Below are positions 29,390 through 39,404 of a stretch of DNA of 64,000 nucleotides, one piece after another. Location: positions 54,786 to 118,785 of the forward strand of contig CADBZI010000001.1 in the NCBI GenBank assembly GCA_902799015.1, read 5' to 3'. Each line of letters opens with the position of its first letter. The stretch's first letter is position 1. This stretch comes from an uncultured Lachnospiraceae bacterium. Its GTDB lineage: Bacteria > Bacillota > Clostridia > Lachnospirales > Lachnospiraceae. The position numbers were made by a program, and so were the translations under genes. Under the pieces are notes generated by a model. It saw only the letters and a list, made by a program, of their open reading frames with translations, had not been told where the DNA came from and did not search any database.

Positions 29390-29690
29390 AAGCAAATATC
29401 AGAAAAGAACGCTGGCGGCCAGAGAAGCAGAAATGGCGGCTCACAGAAAAGAAAAGGAAGCTGATGATCTGATCCGCGGAAACGATTATGTGATCAATAC
29501 AATTGTCTCTTCCAAAGAAAAAGAAATAAAGGAAAAAGCAAAGAAATACTATCTGGATCTGATGCACTCTTACGAGGAAAAATGGGCTGCCGGAAATAAG
29601 GTCCTGACTCACAAATTAATCTTAACAGGCTTATACGCGATGACAATTACTGGATTATGGATCATCCAGTTCATCGCCGGAGTGTTGTAA
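28992..29690 (+). CDS. Coiled-coil protein with C-terminal TM, overlapping relaxase 3' end (MobB-like position)
   Basis: 232 aa, heptads, C-terminal LILTGLYAMTITGLWIIQFIAGVL; GGAG upstream. Confidence 0.7.
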   Translation: MTESRNLWNEDELLSQLEEAQDQIDQLQNRVDGLMDVINKKNEQLTKLRWENSSEISKLQSVLQQAQNKIQEQRDQIVKLNSADLILKDNEKLKSENDRLANENVKLVNKNAKLVSENDRIIKEAAHAEEAAKSKYQKRTLAAREAEMAAHRKEKEADDLIRGNDYVINTIVSSKEKEIKEKAKKYYLDLMHSYEEKWAAGNKVLTHKLILTGLYAMTITGLWIIQFIAGVL

Positions 29691-29806
29691 ATGCTGGTAG
29701 AGAAGGCCTCTGTCAAGTGCGGGAGGGATCAAAGTCCTCTCCCTCGCTTTTACACACAGGTGTATCTATCCAGAATGAACCAGTCGATAAAAGAACGATG
29801 CAGCAG

Positions 29807-31039
29807 CTATAACAGTTCCATCTTAAAATCGCACCGGTCACTGCCGGCACCAATCGTACCAGTCCTGGTAAACTTCAGCCCTGGAAGATGTCCATATGCG
29901 TGGACATCATTCTCACAGAACAGGATGTTCAGTTCAGGGCATCCCAGCTCTGTCAGATACTGATGATACGGGCACTGGATGATATCCATACGGAAGCACC
30001 CTTCTTCCTTTGGATAGAACACATTCTTGAAACCGGCACTCTCCCCGAACAATCTATGACTCAGCGGTCCCCACATTCCAAGAAAGAACTTTCTGAACCC
30101 GGGGATCCTGCAACACTTTGCGATCATCTTCCCTGTTTTAGCAGACTTCTCTGCCATGATCTTTTTCATGACATCATAAGCCATGACAGAGTCAACCTCC
30201 TTCATCGCAAGATAAACAGCCGCCGCCGGAAAAATGAAAGAATCTGTATGCATGCTCACGCCCTTTGGCAGGTCCCTGTGCCCGGCATACATCTTATACA
30301 GGCGCTTATGTGCGTCACGCCATATCTTATTACATTTCGGTACAGAAATCCTTTTGGCGATCTCTTCCTTGAAGATCTCCTTTCCCTTCAGGGTTCGAAC
30401 GGTTTTTTTCTTTAGCTCATTCTTCCCTTTCTCTGCCACCATTCCCTTTTCTCCTGGACATGACCTGGTCAGTTTGTAATCACAGCATTCATCTCCTTCG
30501 GCAACAGATTTCGTTCTTCTGTAATCAACTCCGCGGAATCCGTTCATGTATTCCTTGTCCATGCAACAGATCATCTGCACCGCTTCCGGCGTTCCAAGAG
30601 CTTTGGCTTTTTCATAGAGCGGGCAGCTGATCACATCCATAAAACACCTGTGATCATCCACCAGCAAATTCTCCAGGTCATATCCGTCGCTCAGTTTAGC
30701 GGCGATCTTATCCATGTTCTTCCACATAAGAGACGGTATCCCCGGCAGGGCTGTGATCCTGCGGAACAATCTCTTAAGCCGAAGTCCCGTCTTTGTTCCG
30801 AAGGCTCGTGTCACTGCAAGCGCTTCACCGGGTTCAAATAGCTCAACCGCTCGGTATATCGCAACCACCGGAAAAACATATGACCTGCTCTGCTTATCCG
30901 CATCCGGCTCTGACGCTTCCAGTCTCAGATACTCGGTATTTGCCGCATCCCAGATCTTTGCTGCTTTGTCCGCGCCGTATCTGCCCTCCAGCTCTTTTCT
31001 GAAATCCTTGAATATGGTTTTTTCAAGATGGCTTTTCAT
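29807..31039 (-). CDS. Tandem two-domain L-2-amino-thiazoline-4-carboxylic acid (ATC) hydrolase-family protein
   Basis: Two repeats of CP...C..D...R..T/S...G...CD. Confidence 0.75.
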   Translation of the reverse strand: MKSHLEKTIFKDFRKELEGRYGADKAAKIWDAANTEYLRLEASEPDADKQSRSYVFPVVAIYRAVELFEPGEALAVTRAFGTKTGLRLKRLFRRITALPGIPSLMWKNMDKIAAKLSDGYDLENLLVDDHRCFMDVISCPLYEKAKALGTPEAVQMICCMDKEYMNGFRGVDYRRTKSVAEGDECCDYKLTRSCPGEKGMVAEKGKNELKKKTVRTLKGKEIFKEEIAKRISVPKCNKIWRDAHKRLYKMYAGHRDLPKGVSMHTDSFIFPAAAVYLAMKEVDSVMAYDVMKKIMAEKSAKTGKMIAKCCRIPGFRKFFLGMWGPLSHRLFGESAGFKNVFYPKEEGCFRMDIIQCPYHQYLTELGCPELNILFCENDVHAYGHLPGLKFTRTGTIGAGSDRCDFKMELL

Positions 31040-31782
31040 AGCGGATCCTCCATAAAAGCTGTAAGTCTTTTTGCATAAATCTTCGGATGCTCGTGCAGCA
31101 TCTGTCCGTGGCCCATCCCCTTATATACCCGCTTCTTCATCTGCGGCAGATACCGTCTGAGAAGCCTGGCACTCTTTACCGGATAGGGTTCATTTTCACC
31201 GTGCCAAAACACAATAGGATTCCGGTAATACCTGATGCCTTCCTTTATAGTGTATGTATAGCAGGAAAGTGCTGCATTTCCAACAGACTTGAGCGATACT
31301 CCCTTGAAGAGCGTATCCACGATACTACTGTTGCCCTTCCCCATGACGCTTTCCACAAGCGCTTTTGGAACCGGAATATCCTTCTTGATGCACCAGATGG
31401 AACCCTGGAACAGGAGTTTGAAAGGATATGTCATAATCCCCATCCGGATTGTGAAAGCTGCATCCAGTATAGTTCTGCCTACTGCATTGTTCCCTCTGCT
31501 GATCAGTTCCGTGGCAATTGTGCCACCAAGCGAAAATCCAAGCAGTCCGTACAGCCTGCCGCCAAGGTTCTCCTTTACATACTCCTCAATCTTACGGGCC
31601 GCATCAGATACTGAAATGAAAACACTCTGCTCCATCCTCGAATGTCCGTCCAGTTCACACACGATCACATAATAGTCCTTCAGGTATGGAAGGATCGGAT
31701 CGAAAAGATCAGAGGTATTTGCCATACCATGGATCAAAAGCAGTGATTTTTTTTGTTTATTCCCATGCGTCAGGAATCTCAT
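31036..31782 (-). CDS. Alpha/beta hydrolase
   Basis: LLIHG, GHS, GFSLGG nucleophile elbow, C-terminal GH. Confidence 0.85.
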   Translation of the reverse strand: MRFLTHGNKQKKSLLLIHGMANTSDLFDPILPYLKDYYVIVCELDGHSRMEQSVFISVSDAARKIEEYVKENLGGRLYGLLGFSLGGTIATELISRGNNAVGRTILDAAFTIRMGIMTYPFKLLFQGSIWCIKKDIPVPKALVESVMGKGNSSIVDTLFKGVSLKSVGNAALSCYTYTIKEGIRYYRNPIVFWHGENEPYPVKSARLLRRYLPQMKKRVYKGMGHGQMLHEHPKIYAKRLTAFMEDPL

Positions 31783-31919
31783 ATTAACGGACCCCTTTTT
31801 AACTATTCTCTGTTTTTTCAAATGCTGTCTACACAATTAATAGCAGATCCCAGTTCATTTCCCCCTGAGATCTGCCCTTGCGTTTATAGTCCTGATATCT
31901 TCATCAAACATTCTGTGCG

Positions 31920-32699
31920 TTATGCGGCTTCATCTGCCTGCATTTCTGCAAGATTCTCTTCACAGAAAAGGGTGATGACATTCGTGACCATCTCCTCATC
32001 AGCATCTACCGGGAAACCGGCCGCCAGCCAGTAAGCATACGGTCCCTCGTTATACTGAGCCAAGGCATCTGCATCGCTTCCATACCGGAACTCCAGATGA
32101 TATGTTGTGGCGGGAGTATCGGACATCATATAGAAATACCTGAATTCACCCGCGTCCTCATCTTCCGTTTCATACAGATGTCCTTCCATCATGCCGGCCA
32201 GGGAAAGGTTTCCGACATATTGATATTCGTGTGAGAAAAGCTGGTCTCCATTCTCATCGGCACCACTAATCGTATTTCCGTCGAACGTGATCGTGGAAGG
32301 GCCATTGATGAACAGGCAGTCAAACTGCGCCCCTTCAGAACCATCGCCAAAAGCGTCAATTGCTTCCTGACCATAGATTGTCCCATTGCAGGCTGATTTC
32401 AGCATTTCAGCCGCTTCAGGGCCAGCTTCTTCACCCAGGGCTGAAACACAGGGATCAATCCATAACTGGTCATACTGAGGATCCGTTATGATCGGGAACA
32501 GTGGTTCATAGGTTCCTTTGATGGCTTCCAGGAATGCAACTGCGTCAAATTCTGCTGTGTCGGCTTCAGTTTCAGCAACAGTCTCCCCTGCCTTCTCAGT
32601 GTCTCCTTCATGTGCAGATTCTGCGCTGATGCCGGATGACATCATTGCCAAGGAAACAATGGAAGCAGCAATTGCAGCAATCGTAAAACGTCTTTTCAT
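31920..32699 (-). CDS. Secreted acidic protein, possibly a distant ZinT/AdcA-like metal-binding protein
   Basis: Signal peptide; ITFDGNTI..FSHEYQYVG and FRYF..SD....HLEFRYG resemble the ZinT C-terminal half (recalled, not searched). Confidence 0.5.
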   Translation of the reverse strand: MKRRFTIAAIAASIVSLAMMSSGISAESAHEGDTEKAGETVAETEADTAEFDAVAFLEAIKGTYEPLFPIITDPQYDQLWIDPCVSALGEEAGPEAAEMLKSACNGTIYGQEAIDAFGDGSEGAQFDCLFINGPSTITFDGNTISGADENGDQLFSHEYQYVGNLSLAGMMEGHLYETEDEDAGEFRYFYMMSDTPATTYHLEFRYGSDADALAQYNEGPYAYWLAAGFPVDADEEMVTNVITLFCEENLAEMQADEAA

Positions 32700-32854
32700 C
32701 AGCTTGTACCTCCTTTATAAAACTCGTGTTCAAATCGCATTCCCGGTCACTTTCAGCAGTTTCCGTTTCAATCCCGATAGCAGAATGAAAGCTGTAAATA
32801 TGGTTGCGAAGATTAGAATACTTCTGTTCATTTCTCCTTCCTCTCCTTCCCGTA

Positions 32855-33277
32855 TCAGGCCAGCGCAGCACCAAGCTCCCGGCACTGCTTTATTTCTTCC
32901 TCTCCCGGAGCATCATTCACCGTCACGCTGTCCGCGGCAAGCTCCGCACCTGCACTGCGGCACCTCTCTTCCCAGTCTCTCATCCACTGTCCGTCTCCCC
33001 AGCCATAGGAACCGAAAAGGGCGATCTTCTTTCCGGAAAGAGCAGCTTCTGTTTCCGAGAACATCGGATCGAATTCACTGTCCTCCAGCACTTCGTCTCC
33101 CATGGCCGGGCAGCCGAAAGCGATCGCGTCAAACTCCGGCACTTTGCCCGAGGAAAAGTCCGAAGCGGTAAAAACAGATACTTCCGCCCCTTTTTCCCTT
33201 GCTCCTTCCGCCACCGCATCAGCCATTGCCTCGGTATTTCCGGTTCCGCTCCAGTAAACAACCGCTACTTTGCTCAT
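32855..33277 (-). CDS. Short-chain flavodoxin
   Basis: YWSGTGNTEAMA, GCPAMG, FGSYGWG. Confidence 0.95.
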   Translation of the reverse strand: MSKVAVVYWSGTGNTEAMADAVAEGAREKGAEVSVFTASDFSSGKVPEFDAIAFGCPAMGDEVLEDSEFDPMFSETEAALSGKKIALFGSYGWGDGQWMRDWEERCRSAGAELAADSVTVNDAPGEEEIKQCRELGAALA

Positions 33278-33319
33278 CTTGTCTTCCTTTCCTTTCAATG
33301 CATGTTTTGTGTTCTGGCA

Positions 33320-33883
33320 TTATCCCGCCCTGCCGGTTTTTACCGTCAGCTGAAGCAGGGATCTTCCCTTCGATAATTCCCTCCGGTAGATATCCGTACA
33401 TTTCTTATACCTGGAGAATGTTTTTACCGCTTCTTCCTCGTTTCCGTAGACCTTCCAGCAGCCGACGCACTTAACGCCTCTTCTGGCATCTTCCATGAAT
33501 CCTTTCACATCTTCCGGCGGATATCCCAGAAACAGCCCGACCTCATGCGGAAAGCTTTCATCCGAGGACATATGCCGGATCAGCTGGGACAGGCAGTGAG
33601 CGCAGCTGTCACATACATATCCCTTATCTGCCAGAATCCGGACAGCCTCACGGCTGCCAAGATCCCTCTTCAGGCGCTCGGGCCGGTACAGATAGATCAA
33701 TGCCTTTTTATCTGTCCTCCGGAGCATCACAACCCGGATTCCTTTCTCCCTGAGCAGCCTGTTCAGCTTCCTCAGTTCATCCTGGATACTCTCTCCCACC
33801 TCCAGGCTGACCTGAAACATGTTTGCGGTTTTCAGTCCCGCCAGAGTTGGCGAGCAATGGTCAATCAATAACTGTTCCGGCAT
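33320..33883 (-). CDS. DUF3793 family protein
   Basis: CSPTLAGLK, FPHEVGLFLGYPPEDV, WKVY; usual flavodoxin neighbour. Confidence 0.85.
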   Translation of the reverse strand: MPEQLLIDHCSPTLAGLKTANMFQVSLEVGESIQDELRKLNRLLREKGIRVVMLRRTDKKALIYLYRPERLKRDLGSREAVRILADKGYVCDSCAHCLSQLIRHMSSDESFPHEVGLFLGYPPEDVKGFMEDARRGVKCVGCWKVYGNEEEAVKTFSRYKKCTDIYRRELSKGRSLLQLTVKTGRAG

Positions 33884-34161
33884 CAGGCTGCATGCTCCTT
33901 TAAGATATCTCTGAGTGAATTCATGGAACTGGTATGGGAACGGATAATTTTTGTTTCCCCGCACAGGCCGGTCAGTGCACACTGCACCATCTTATGGGAG
34001 ATCGTATGCGTAAAGACGATCAGAAGATCCGGGGTCCCGATCCTGCTTTTCATATCCGCACAGGGTTTGCAGAACACCTTTGTCTTACATCCGTACTTCC
34101 GGCAGACATTCGAGTACTGCCGTTCCATGCATTCATTTCCGCCAAGAATGACAACGCTCAT
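33883..34161 (-). CDS. DUF2325 family protein
   Basis: MSVVILGG, PDLLIVFT.TISHKM, SHTSS. Confidence 0.85.
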   Translation of the reverse strand: MSVVILGGNECMERQYSNVCRKYGCKTKVFCKPCADMKSRIGTPDLLIVFTHTISHKMVQCALTGLCGETKIIRSHTSSMNSLRDILKEHAA

Positions 34162-34179
34162 AAGGCCTCTCCTTTCATT

Positions 34180-34249
34180 GTTAGTTGCATCTAACTATAA
34201 TGCCTTTAAAACCCGCTGCAAAACAATGCAGCGGTTAGTTTTCCCTAAC
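34180..34249. promoter_or_regulatory. Two DtxR/MntR-type boxes GTTAG-N6-CTAAC
   Basis: 34180-34195 and 34234-34249, upstream of the DUF2325-DUF3793-flavodoxin operon. Confidence 0.7.
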
Positions 34250-34302
34250 ATGATAACTGTTCTTTTGTTTTTCGTCAAGTTTTTCTTTTCACTCAGTTTT
34301 CA

Positions 34303-34983
34303 TCATACTCTCTCTTCTTTCCCTACCAGCTTCATGGCACAAACCAGGTACATTAAAAGCCACCCAAAGGACTCGAAGCCGGAATCCAGCCCTTCCATGA
34401 CCAGGTTCATCAATTGTCCAAGCAGCGCAATGAACACCGGGTTGCAGACCAGTGCAATCTTTTTTACAGGCAGCATCCCCTTCCCTACCAGGCCAATCCA
34501 TGCAGCCATCGCAAAGCCATCACAGATGACAAACCCGATTCCCAACGGAACAGCAATGCTTTTCACGACACGTAGCATCATGTTGATCGAAACCACAGTA
34601 TCCCCGGTTGCATCCATACCCGCATTAAATACGACAGGCAGCATACAGATCGCGATATGGATAAAGGCGAAGTAGAGAATCCCGCCCCAGTTGGCAACCC
34701 TGAAAAGTTTATAGAGTTTCGACTCTCCCAGGGCGTATTTCGCCTCCATCACCCTTAAAAGCTCCAGGGCAGCCACGGCAAAAAGCGGAGCACACGTAAA
34801 GCCAAGAATGGATGACAGCGCATACCTCCAGTCCGGTACAACATTCGCCGTGATACACATATAGGCATCAGGAGATGACGATGTGCTGAATGTTCCAAAG
34901 CCCAAAAGATAGTCACCGGCCATCGCAAGTACCATGGCCACGCATCCAAGCAGGATTCTTTTCCTTGATGTCAATTTTTTCAT
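34303..34983 (-). CDS. Multi-pass membrane protein, function unknown
   Basis: 226 aa, about six hydrophobic segments, GAGGAG RBS. Confidence 0.7.
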   Translation of the reverse strand: MKKLTSRKRILLGCVAMVLAMAGDYLLGFGTFSTSSSPDAYMCITANVVPDWRYALSSILGFTCAPLFAVAALELLRVMEAKYALGESKLYKLFRVANWGGILYFAFIHIAICMLPVVFNAGMDATGDTVVSINMMLRVVKSIAVPLGIGFVICDGFAMAAWIGLVGKGMLPVKKIALVCNPVFIALLGQLMNLVMEGLDSGFESFGWLLMYLVCAMKLVGKEERV

Positions 34984-35039
34984 TCTCTCTCCTCTGCAAA
35001 ATGACAGTTGATATATTTCATCTTCTCTGCACTGCAGTC

Positions 35040-35534
35040 TCAACCAATTGCCATTCCGATCCCGGCCACAATCACTCCTGCGACAGGACAGACCAGAAAG
35101 GTCCATCCAATTGCATGCTCCGGAATTGCCAGCTTTTTAAGCCATTCCTTCCGCTCCCACGCCCTGCAATGTTCGGCACCCCTGATGAAAGGTTTGGCTT
35201 TCAGCGGCAACCAGCAGTCCAGGATCAGGAAGTCACTGATGCTCACCATAGTCATTTCAATATATCCGGTCCAAAACAGATTCCCGAAGCCGCTGACACC
35301 CGCATAATGAGCACTGATCCCCCAATACACAAACAGCAGAAGATACAAAAGATACAGGATCAGCTTCATCTTCCTGACTTCCCTTCTGTCTACATAGGGG
35401 GCGGCCGCCTCTTTGATCTCTTTGGGAAACATGGTGCTGTATGCCTGCGGGAACAAGAGAAATCCCACGCCAACAACAGCATTGAATAACAGAGACATGG
35501 AAGTCCCGTCCAGAATGATCCTCGGCCAGTTCAT
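35040..35534 (-). CDS. ~4-TM membrane protein, DxxxxD family paralogue
   Basis: FPKEIKE and SDFLILDCW motifs; GGAGG RBS. Confidence 0.75.
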   Translation of the reverse strand: MNWPRIILDGTSMSLLFNAVVGVGFLLFPQAYSTMFPKEIKEAAAPYVDRREVRKMKLILYLLYLLLFVYWGISAHYAGVSGFGNLFWTGYIEMTMVSISDFLILDCWLPLKAKPFIRGAEHCRAWERKEWLKKLAIPEHAIGWTFLVCPVAGVIVAGIGMAIG

Positions 35535-35547
35535 GAATAACCCCTCC

Positions 35548-36048
35548 TCAGGTGCGTTCTCCTCCTGTCATCAGATACGCCTGTACAGCGCATAACACCG
35601 GATACAGAACAAGCCTCACCGCCTGGTTTTTATTGTTCCATGCCCTGTTCTTCCAGCCGGCGCAGTCCTTTGTCTCCGGATAACAGTGCTGATAGTATTT
35701 CGTGCTCATGCACAGGATCTGATCCAGGCAGACAATGTCAAACACCTTCTCTATCATGATGAAGGCAAGAAGTCTCTTATACGCATCAAAAAAGGACAGT
35801 TTTTCTCTTCGAATATCGTCTGAGATATCCTTGTAAGCCCGGACGACATACAGTGCGGCCATTACCAGGAGAAAATGGCACAGAAGCCGTTTTGGAAAAG
35901 ACGGCACCGGATGGTTTTTTCCCGCTTCACAGACATCCTCCGGAAGAAAACGCAGCACCAGTTTCGGCGATGCCAGATGTGGCGATACCAGAGCCAGTAC
36001 CAGCATGGCAAAACACATCCCACGTGACAGCTGGACCGTCCTCTTCAT
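35548..36048 (-). CDS. ~4-TM membrane protein, DxxxxD family paralogue
   Basis: LPEDVCE and FDIVCLDQ motifs. Confidence 0.75.
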   Translation of the reverse strand: MKRTVQLSRGMCFAMLVLALVSPHLASPKLVLRFLPEDVCEAGKNHPVPSFPKRLLCHFLLVMAALYVVRAYKDISDDIRREKLSFFDAYKRLLAFIMIEKVFDIVCLDQILCMSTKYYQHCYPETKDCAGWKNRAWNNKNQAVRLVLYPVLCAVQAYLMTGGERT

Positions 36049-36051
36049 CCC

Positions 36052-36651
36052 TTACTTCCTCCCCACACAGACATATGTAAACGGTGTAGTCAATGTGGAT
36101 TTTACATTCCTGAAGCCGGCTCTTGTCAGCATCTGTTCCATCTGGGGTCTGGAATAGATAGCATGGTCGCCCGTATTCCACCTCGTAAAACACCAGTTCA
36201 TGAGCTTTCTCATCCATGCCGGACCTGTAATCTCATTAATCAGAACAGTCCCGTTTCTCTTCAGGATCCGGTGCATCTCCTTCAGCGATCTCTCCGGGTG
36301 GGGATGATGGTGGATACTCATATGACAGCTGACCGCGTCAAAGGAATCGCAGTCAAAAGGCATTCTTTCTGCATCACCCTCGATGATGTCTGCCTCCGGA
36401 ACACGCTCTCTTGACCGCTGTACCATCTCTCTTGAAAGATCCAGTCCGGAAAGTCTTGTCTGAGGGGACACGCTGTGGTACCGGGCCAGGAATGCCCCGT
36501 TCCCGCAGCCAATGTCGACCAGGTTCATTACATATCTCCGCCTCAGGATCTCAGACGTGATTCTGTAATCATGATTCCAGTACCCGTTCCTGTTGATAAA
36601 GGTGCTGGAATTTCTGTTAAAGTAGTTTTTTGATTTCTGTTTACTGTCCAT
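36052..36651 (-). CDS. Class I SAM-dependent methyltransferase (alternative start 36687)
   Basis: DIGCGNG, GLDLS, GDAERMPF, SFDAV, RILK. Confidence 0.9.
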   Translation of the reverse strand: MDSKQKSKNYFNRNSSTFINRNGYWNHDYRITSEILRRRYVMNLVDIGCGNGAFLARYHSVSPQTRLSGLDLSREMVQRSRERVPEADIIEGDAERMPFDCDSFDAVSCHMSIHHHPHPERSLKEMHRILKRNGTVLINEITGPAWMRKLMNWCFTRWNTGDHAIYSRPQMEQMLTRAGFRNVKSTLTTPFTYVCVGRK

Positions 36652-36683
36652 CCTGCTTTCCTCAGCCTTTGATCCGCCTTTTC

Positions 36684-37169
36684 TCATCTTCCAAAAATCA
36701 GCATGACAAGCCCCGCAACAACATTCGCACCGAAGACCCAGATGATTGTAAGAATCCCCCTCTTTTTCAGTACCTGTTCCCAGGTCTGTATATACGGGAT
36801 ATCCTCGCAGCCGGGAAGAATCCAGAACCTGCTCTTTCCGACCCAGAGTTTGTCAATTACAATGCCGTCAAACCAGTTCATGACTTCAAGGAACACAAGC
36901 GCCTGAAAATATGCTTCCCGGAAAGTCCGGATCCTGTTCCAAAGTCCAATGATCATTACCAGAGCTGTAAGCATGGCGAGAAAGAACAGGATCATGAACC
37001 GTTTTCTCTTCCTCGAAACAGTCTTCAGGTCCGTCAGACCGATCTCATAAGCCCTTTCCTGTACAGGCTTCGGATAGAAATAAAGACCATTCAGCGCATT
37101 ATCCCCTACACCAAGCTTCACCATCAGCGAAAAGAGAACGCAGAACAGGGCAAGCTGCAGAATTATCAT
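36684..37169 (-). CDS. ~4-TM membrane protein, DxxxxD family paralogue
   Basis: YPKPVQE and FDGIVIDK motifs. Confidence 0.75.
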   Translation of the reverse strand: MIILQLALFCVLFSLMVKLGVGDNALNGLYFYPKPVQERAYEIGLTDLKTVSRKRKRFMILFFLAMLTALVMIIGLWNRIRTFREAYFQALVFLEVMNWFDGIVIDKLWVGKSRFWILPGCEDIPYIQTWEQVLKKRGILTIIWVFGANVVAGLVMLIFGR

Positions 37170-37199
37170 TTCCTCTGCTCCATAAATACCACTTCTGTG

Positions 37200-37994
37200 T
37201 TATTTCCTTCCGACAAGGAGTGTAGATCCCGTCAGCATCAGCCGCTTTCCCTCAGTTTTGGTCATGAACAGTCCGTCATCCGTAGGGATAAGATGCACCT
37301 TTTCGTACCCCTTTTTCCTGAGTATATCCACAAACGCCTGCATATCCCCGTACCTTCCCTCCGACATGATGTCGTGGATGGCAAATGTGCCGCCCTTTTT
37401 CAGAACCCGAAGCGTTTCAAGCAGCGGTTCCTGCTTGCTGACTCCCGCGATATTGTGATAGACATAGTTGCTGGTGACAGCATCAAAAGTCCCGTCCTCA
37501 AAATCCAGGTGTATGGCATCGCCCTGCACAAAGCTTGTATTGTCCACACCCTCCGCTCTTGAGTTGCTCTCGCAGAGCTGTTTTGAGAAGGACGCATATT
37601 CCTTTCCCCAGCGGTCGACACCGACCATCCCGGCTTCCGGGTTTCTCTTTGCGCAGGCAATGGTAAGCGCCCCGCTTCCGCAGCCTACATCAAGCCCCGT
37701 TCCGCCTTCCGGAAGAATTACATACTCTGCAATTCCCTCGATGATCTGTTTTGACATCCGGCGCTTCCCATTGTAGGAAAACTGATTATAGGCATAAACC
37801 GACCACTGCGCTGCCTTCCCGCATGCTGCTGTTCCCAGTCCCAGGACAGCATTTACCCCTATCCTCACCGGTGCAGGAGCGTCCTTTGTCAGTACAAGCG
37901 CCGCCGCAAGTCCTGCGCCGAGAGCACCCGTCCCGGCAACGAGCCCATAGATCATTCCCTTTGGAACCCAGTTCTTATAATCCGCCTTCATCAT
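37200..37994 (-). CDS. Membrane-anchored class I SAM methyltransferase
   Basis: Two N-terminal hydrophobic segments; DVGCGSG, FDAVTSNYVYHN, LRVLKKGG. Confidence 0.9.
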   Translation of the reverse strand: MMKADYKNWVPKGMIYGLVAGTGALGAGLAAALVLTKDAPAPVRIGVNAVLGLGTAACGKAAQWSVYAYNQFSYNGKRRMSKQIIEGIAEYVILPEGGTGLDVGCGSGALTIACAKRNPEAGMVGVDRWGKEYASFSKQLCESNSRAEGVDNTSFVQGDAIHLDFEDGTFDAVTSNYVYHNIAGVSKQEPLLETLRVLKKGGTFAIHDIMSEGRYGDMQAFVDILRKKGYEKVHLIPTDDGLFMTKTEGKRLMLTGSTLLVGRK

Positions 37995-38027
37995 AACCTC
38001 CACATATATCAGTTCCGTCGATTAAGC

Positions 38028-38831
38028 CTATTTCCTTCCGACCAGGGCCGCGGATGATCCCAGTCCCAGCATCTTCGCTTTGGATTTGCTCCCGAAGATC
38101 TCCTCTGACGTGTCGATCAGGCGCACCTCCCGATATCCGGCATCCTTCAGCTCTTTCACGAAAGCATCCATGTCCCCGTACATGCCCGGCTTCATATCAT
38201 CCTGCAGGGCAAACACACCGCCTTTTTTCAGGACGCGGAGACTTTCAAGCAAAAGCGCATGCTTGTCTGACGCATTCATAATGTTATGGTAAACATAATT
38301 ACTGATGACAGCGTCAAAGGTTTCGTCCGGAAAATCGAGTTTGTTTGCATCTCCACGCTGAAACGAACACCTGTCCCCGACGCCCTCGGACGCAGCATTC
38401 CTCTCACAAAGCTGCCTGCTGTAATTCCAGACCGCTCCCCAGTAATCGATGCCGACTGCCCTGCATTCCGGCCATGTCAGTGCCGCACGGATCGTCAAAG
38501 GGCCGGATCCGCAGCCCACCTCAAGAAGGGTTCCCTGGCCGTCAAAATCCAGATAGGACAGCAGTACCTGATGAACCCTGCCCATCACTCCCCCGCCTCC
38601 AAAGGAGTACTGCTTCCGAATCCACGCAAACCAGCAGGTGACTGCCACCACCGCAGCCAGCAAAACCAGGAAGATCACACCAAGAACGGGCAGACGGAAA
38701 ACCGCAAATGACAGAAACGCAAGCAACGCTGCCACTGCGATTACGACTCCCAGAATGTAAAACACGGGATTTGACATCCAGTTCCCATACTGTTCTCCAT
38801 GTGTACCGATTTTGATATTTTTCTGTTCCAT
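38028..38831 (-). CDS. Membrane-anchored class I SAM methyltransferase (paralogue of neighbour)
   Basis: EVGCGSG, FDAVISNYVYHN, LRVLKKGG, same LVGRK C-terminus. Confidence 0.9.
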   Translation of the reverse strand: MEQKNIKIGTHGEQYGNWMSNPVFYILGVVIAVAALLAFLSFAVFRLPVLGVIFLVLLAAVVAVTCWFAWIRKQYSFGGGGVMGRVHQVLLSYLDFDGQGTLLEVGCGSGPLTIRAALTWPECRAVGIDYWGAVWNYSRQLCERNAASEGVGDRCSFQRGDANKLDFPDETFDAVISNYVYHNIMNASDKHALLLESLRVLKKGGVFALQDDMKPGMYGDMDAFVKELKDAGYREVRLIDTSEEIFGSKSKAKMLGLGSSAALVGRK

Positions 38832-38948
38832 AGCCGTAACAGCCTCCTCATCTGAATCTTCTTAACATTTTCCCTGTCTTGTATTTCCTGCCGACTGCAA
38901 TGACAGTCTGCTTTGCCGTCCGAATCATCTTCCTCTGTCCTGAACCGG

Positions 38949-39390
38949 TTACCATTGAAAGACTGCCAGCCGGTTATTCATGTTCTTTCCGATGACTGCA
39001 AACAGCTTTCCGCGTATGGAGTATTTTTTCATCTCTTCGTTGTAGCTTTTCTCTGAGACCAGTTTCATGCGGGGCTCCAGCTCCAGGTATTCTTTTCCGT
39101 TTTTTGTACCCCACCCGAAACTCGCCCTGGTGTGCTTGACCGCATCATGATGGCTTCCGTCCTTTTCCAGGAACGGGGTATGCAGTTCCGCAAGAAGATA
39201 CCCGTGAGGAAAGCTGTCACACAGCATATTCAGGCAGGTTTTCACCTGCTCCTTTGAGAAGTATTCGAGCACGCCTTCCATGATGACAATGTACATGTCC
39301 GACTTTGGGATTCTGCTTGTCCAGAAACCATCCAGGGCATTACCGTCCAGCATCGTGCAGCGGTCACGATCCTCATAAACCTTTCTCCTC
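38949..39390 (-). pseudogene. C-terminal half of LCM/TcmP-type methyltransferase
   Basis: Frame begins abruptly at RRKVYEDRDRCTMLDGNALD; EGVLEYF present, SAM-binding GCGLD motif missing. Confidence 0.75.
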
Positions 39391-39404
39391 CTGTTTACAA
39401 ATCT

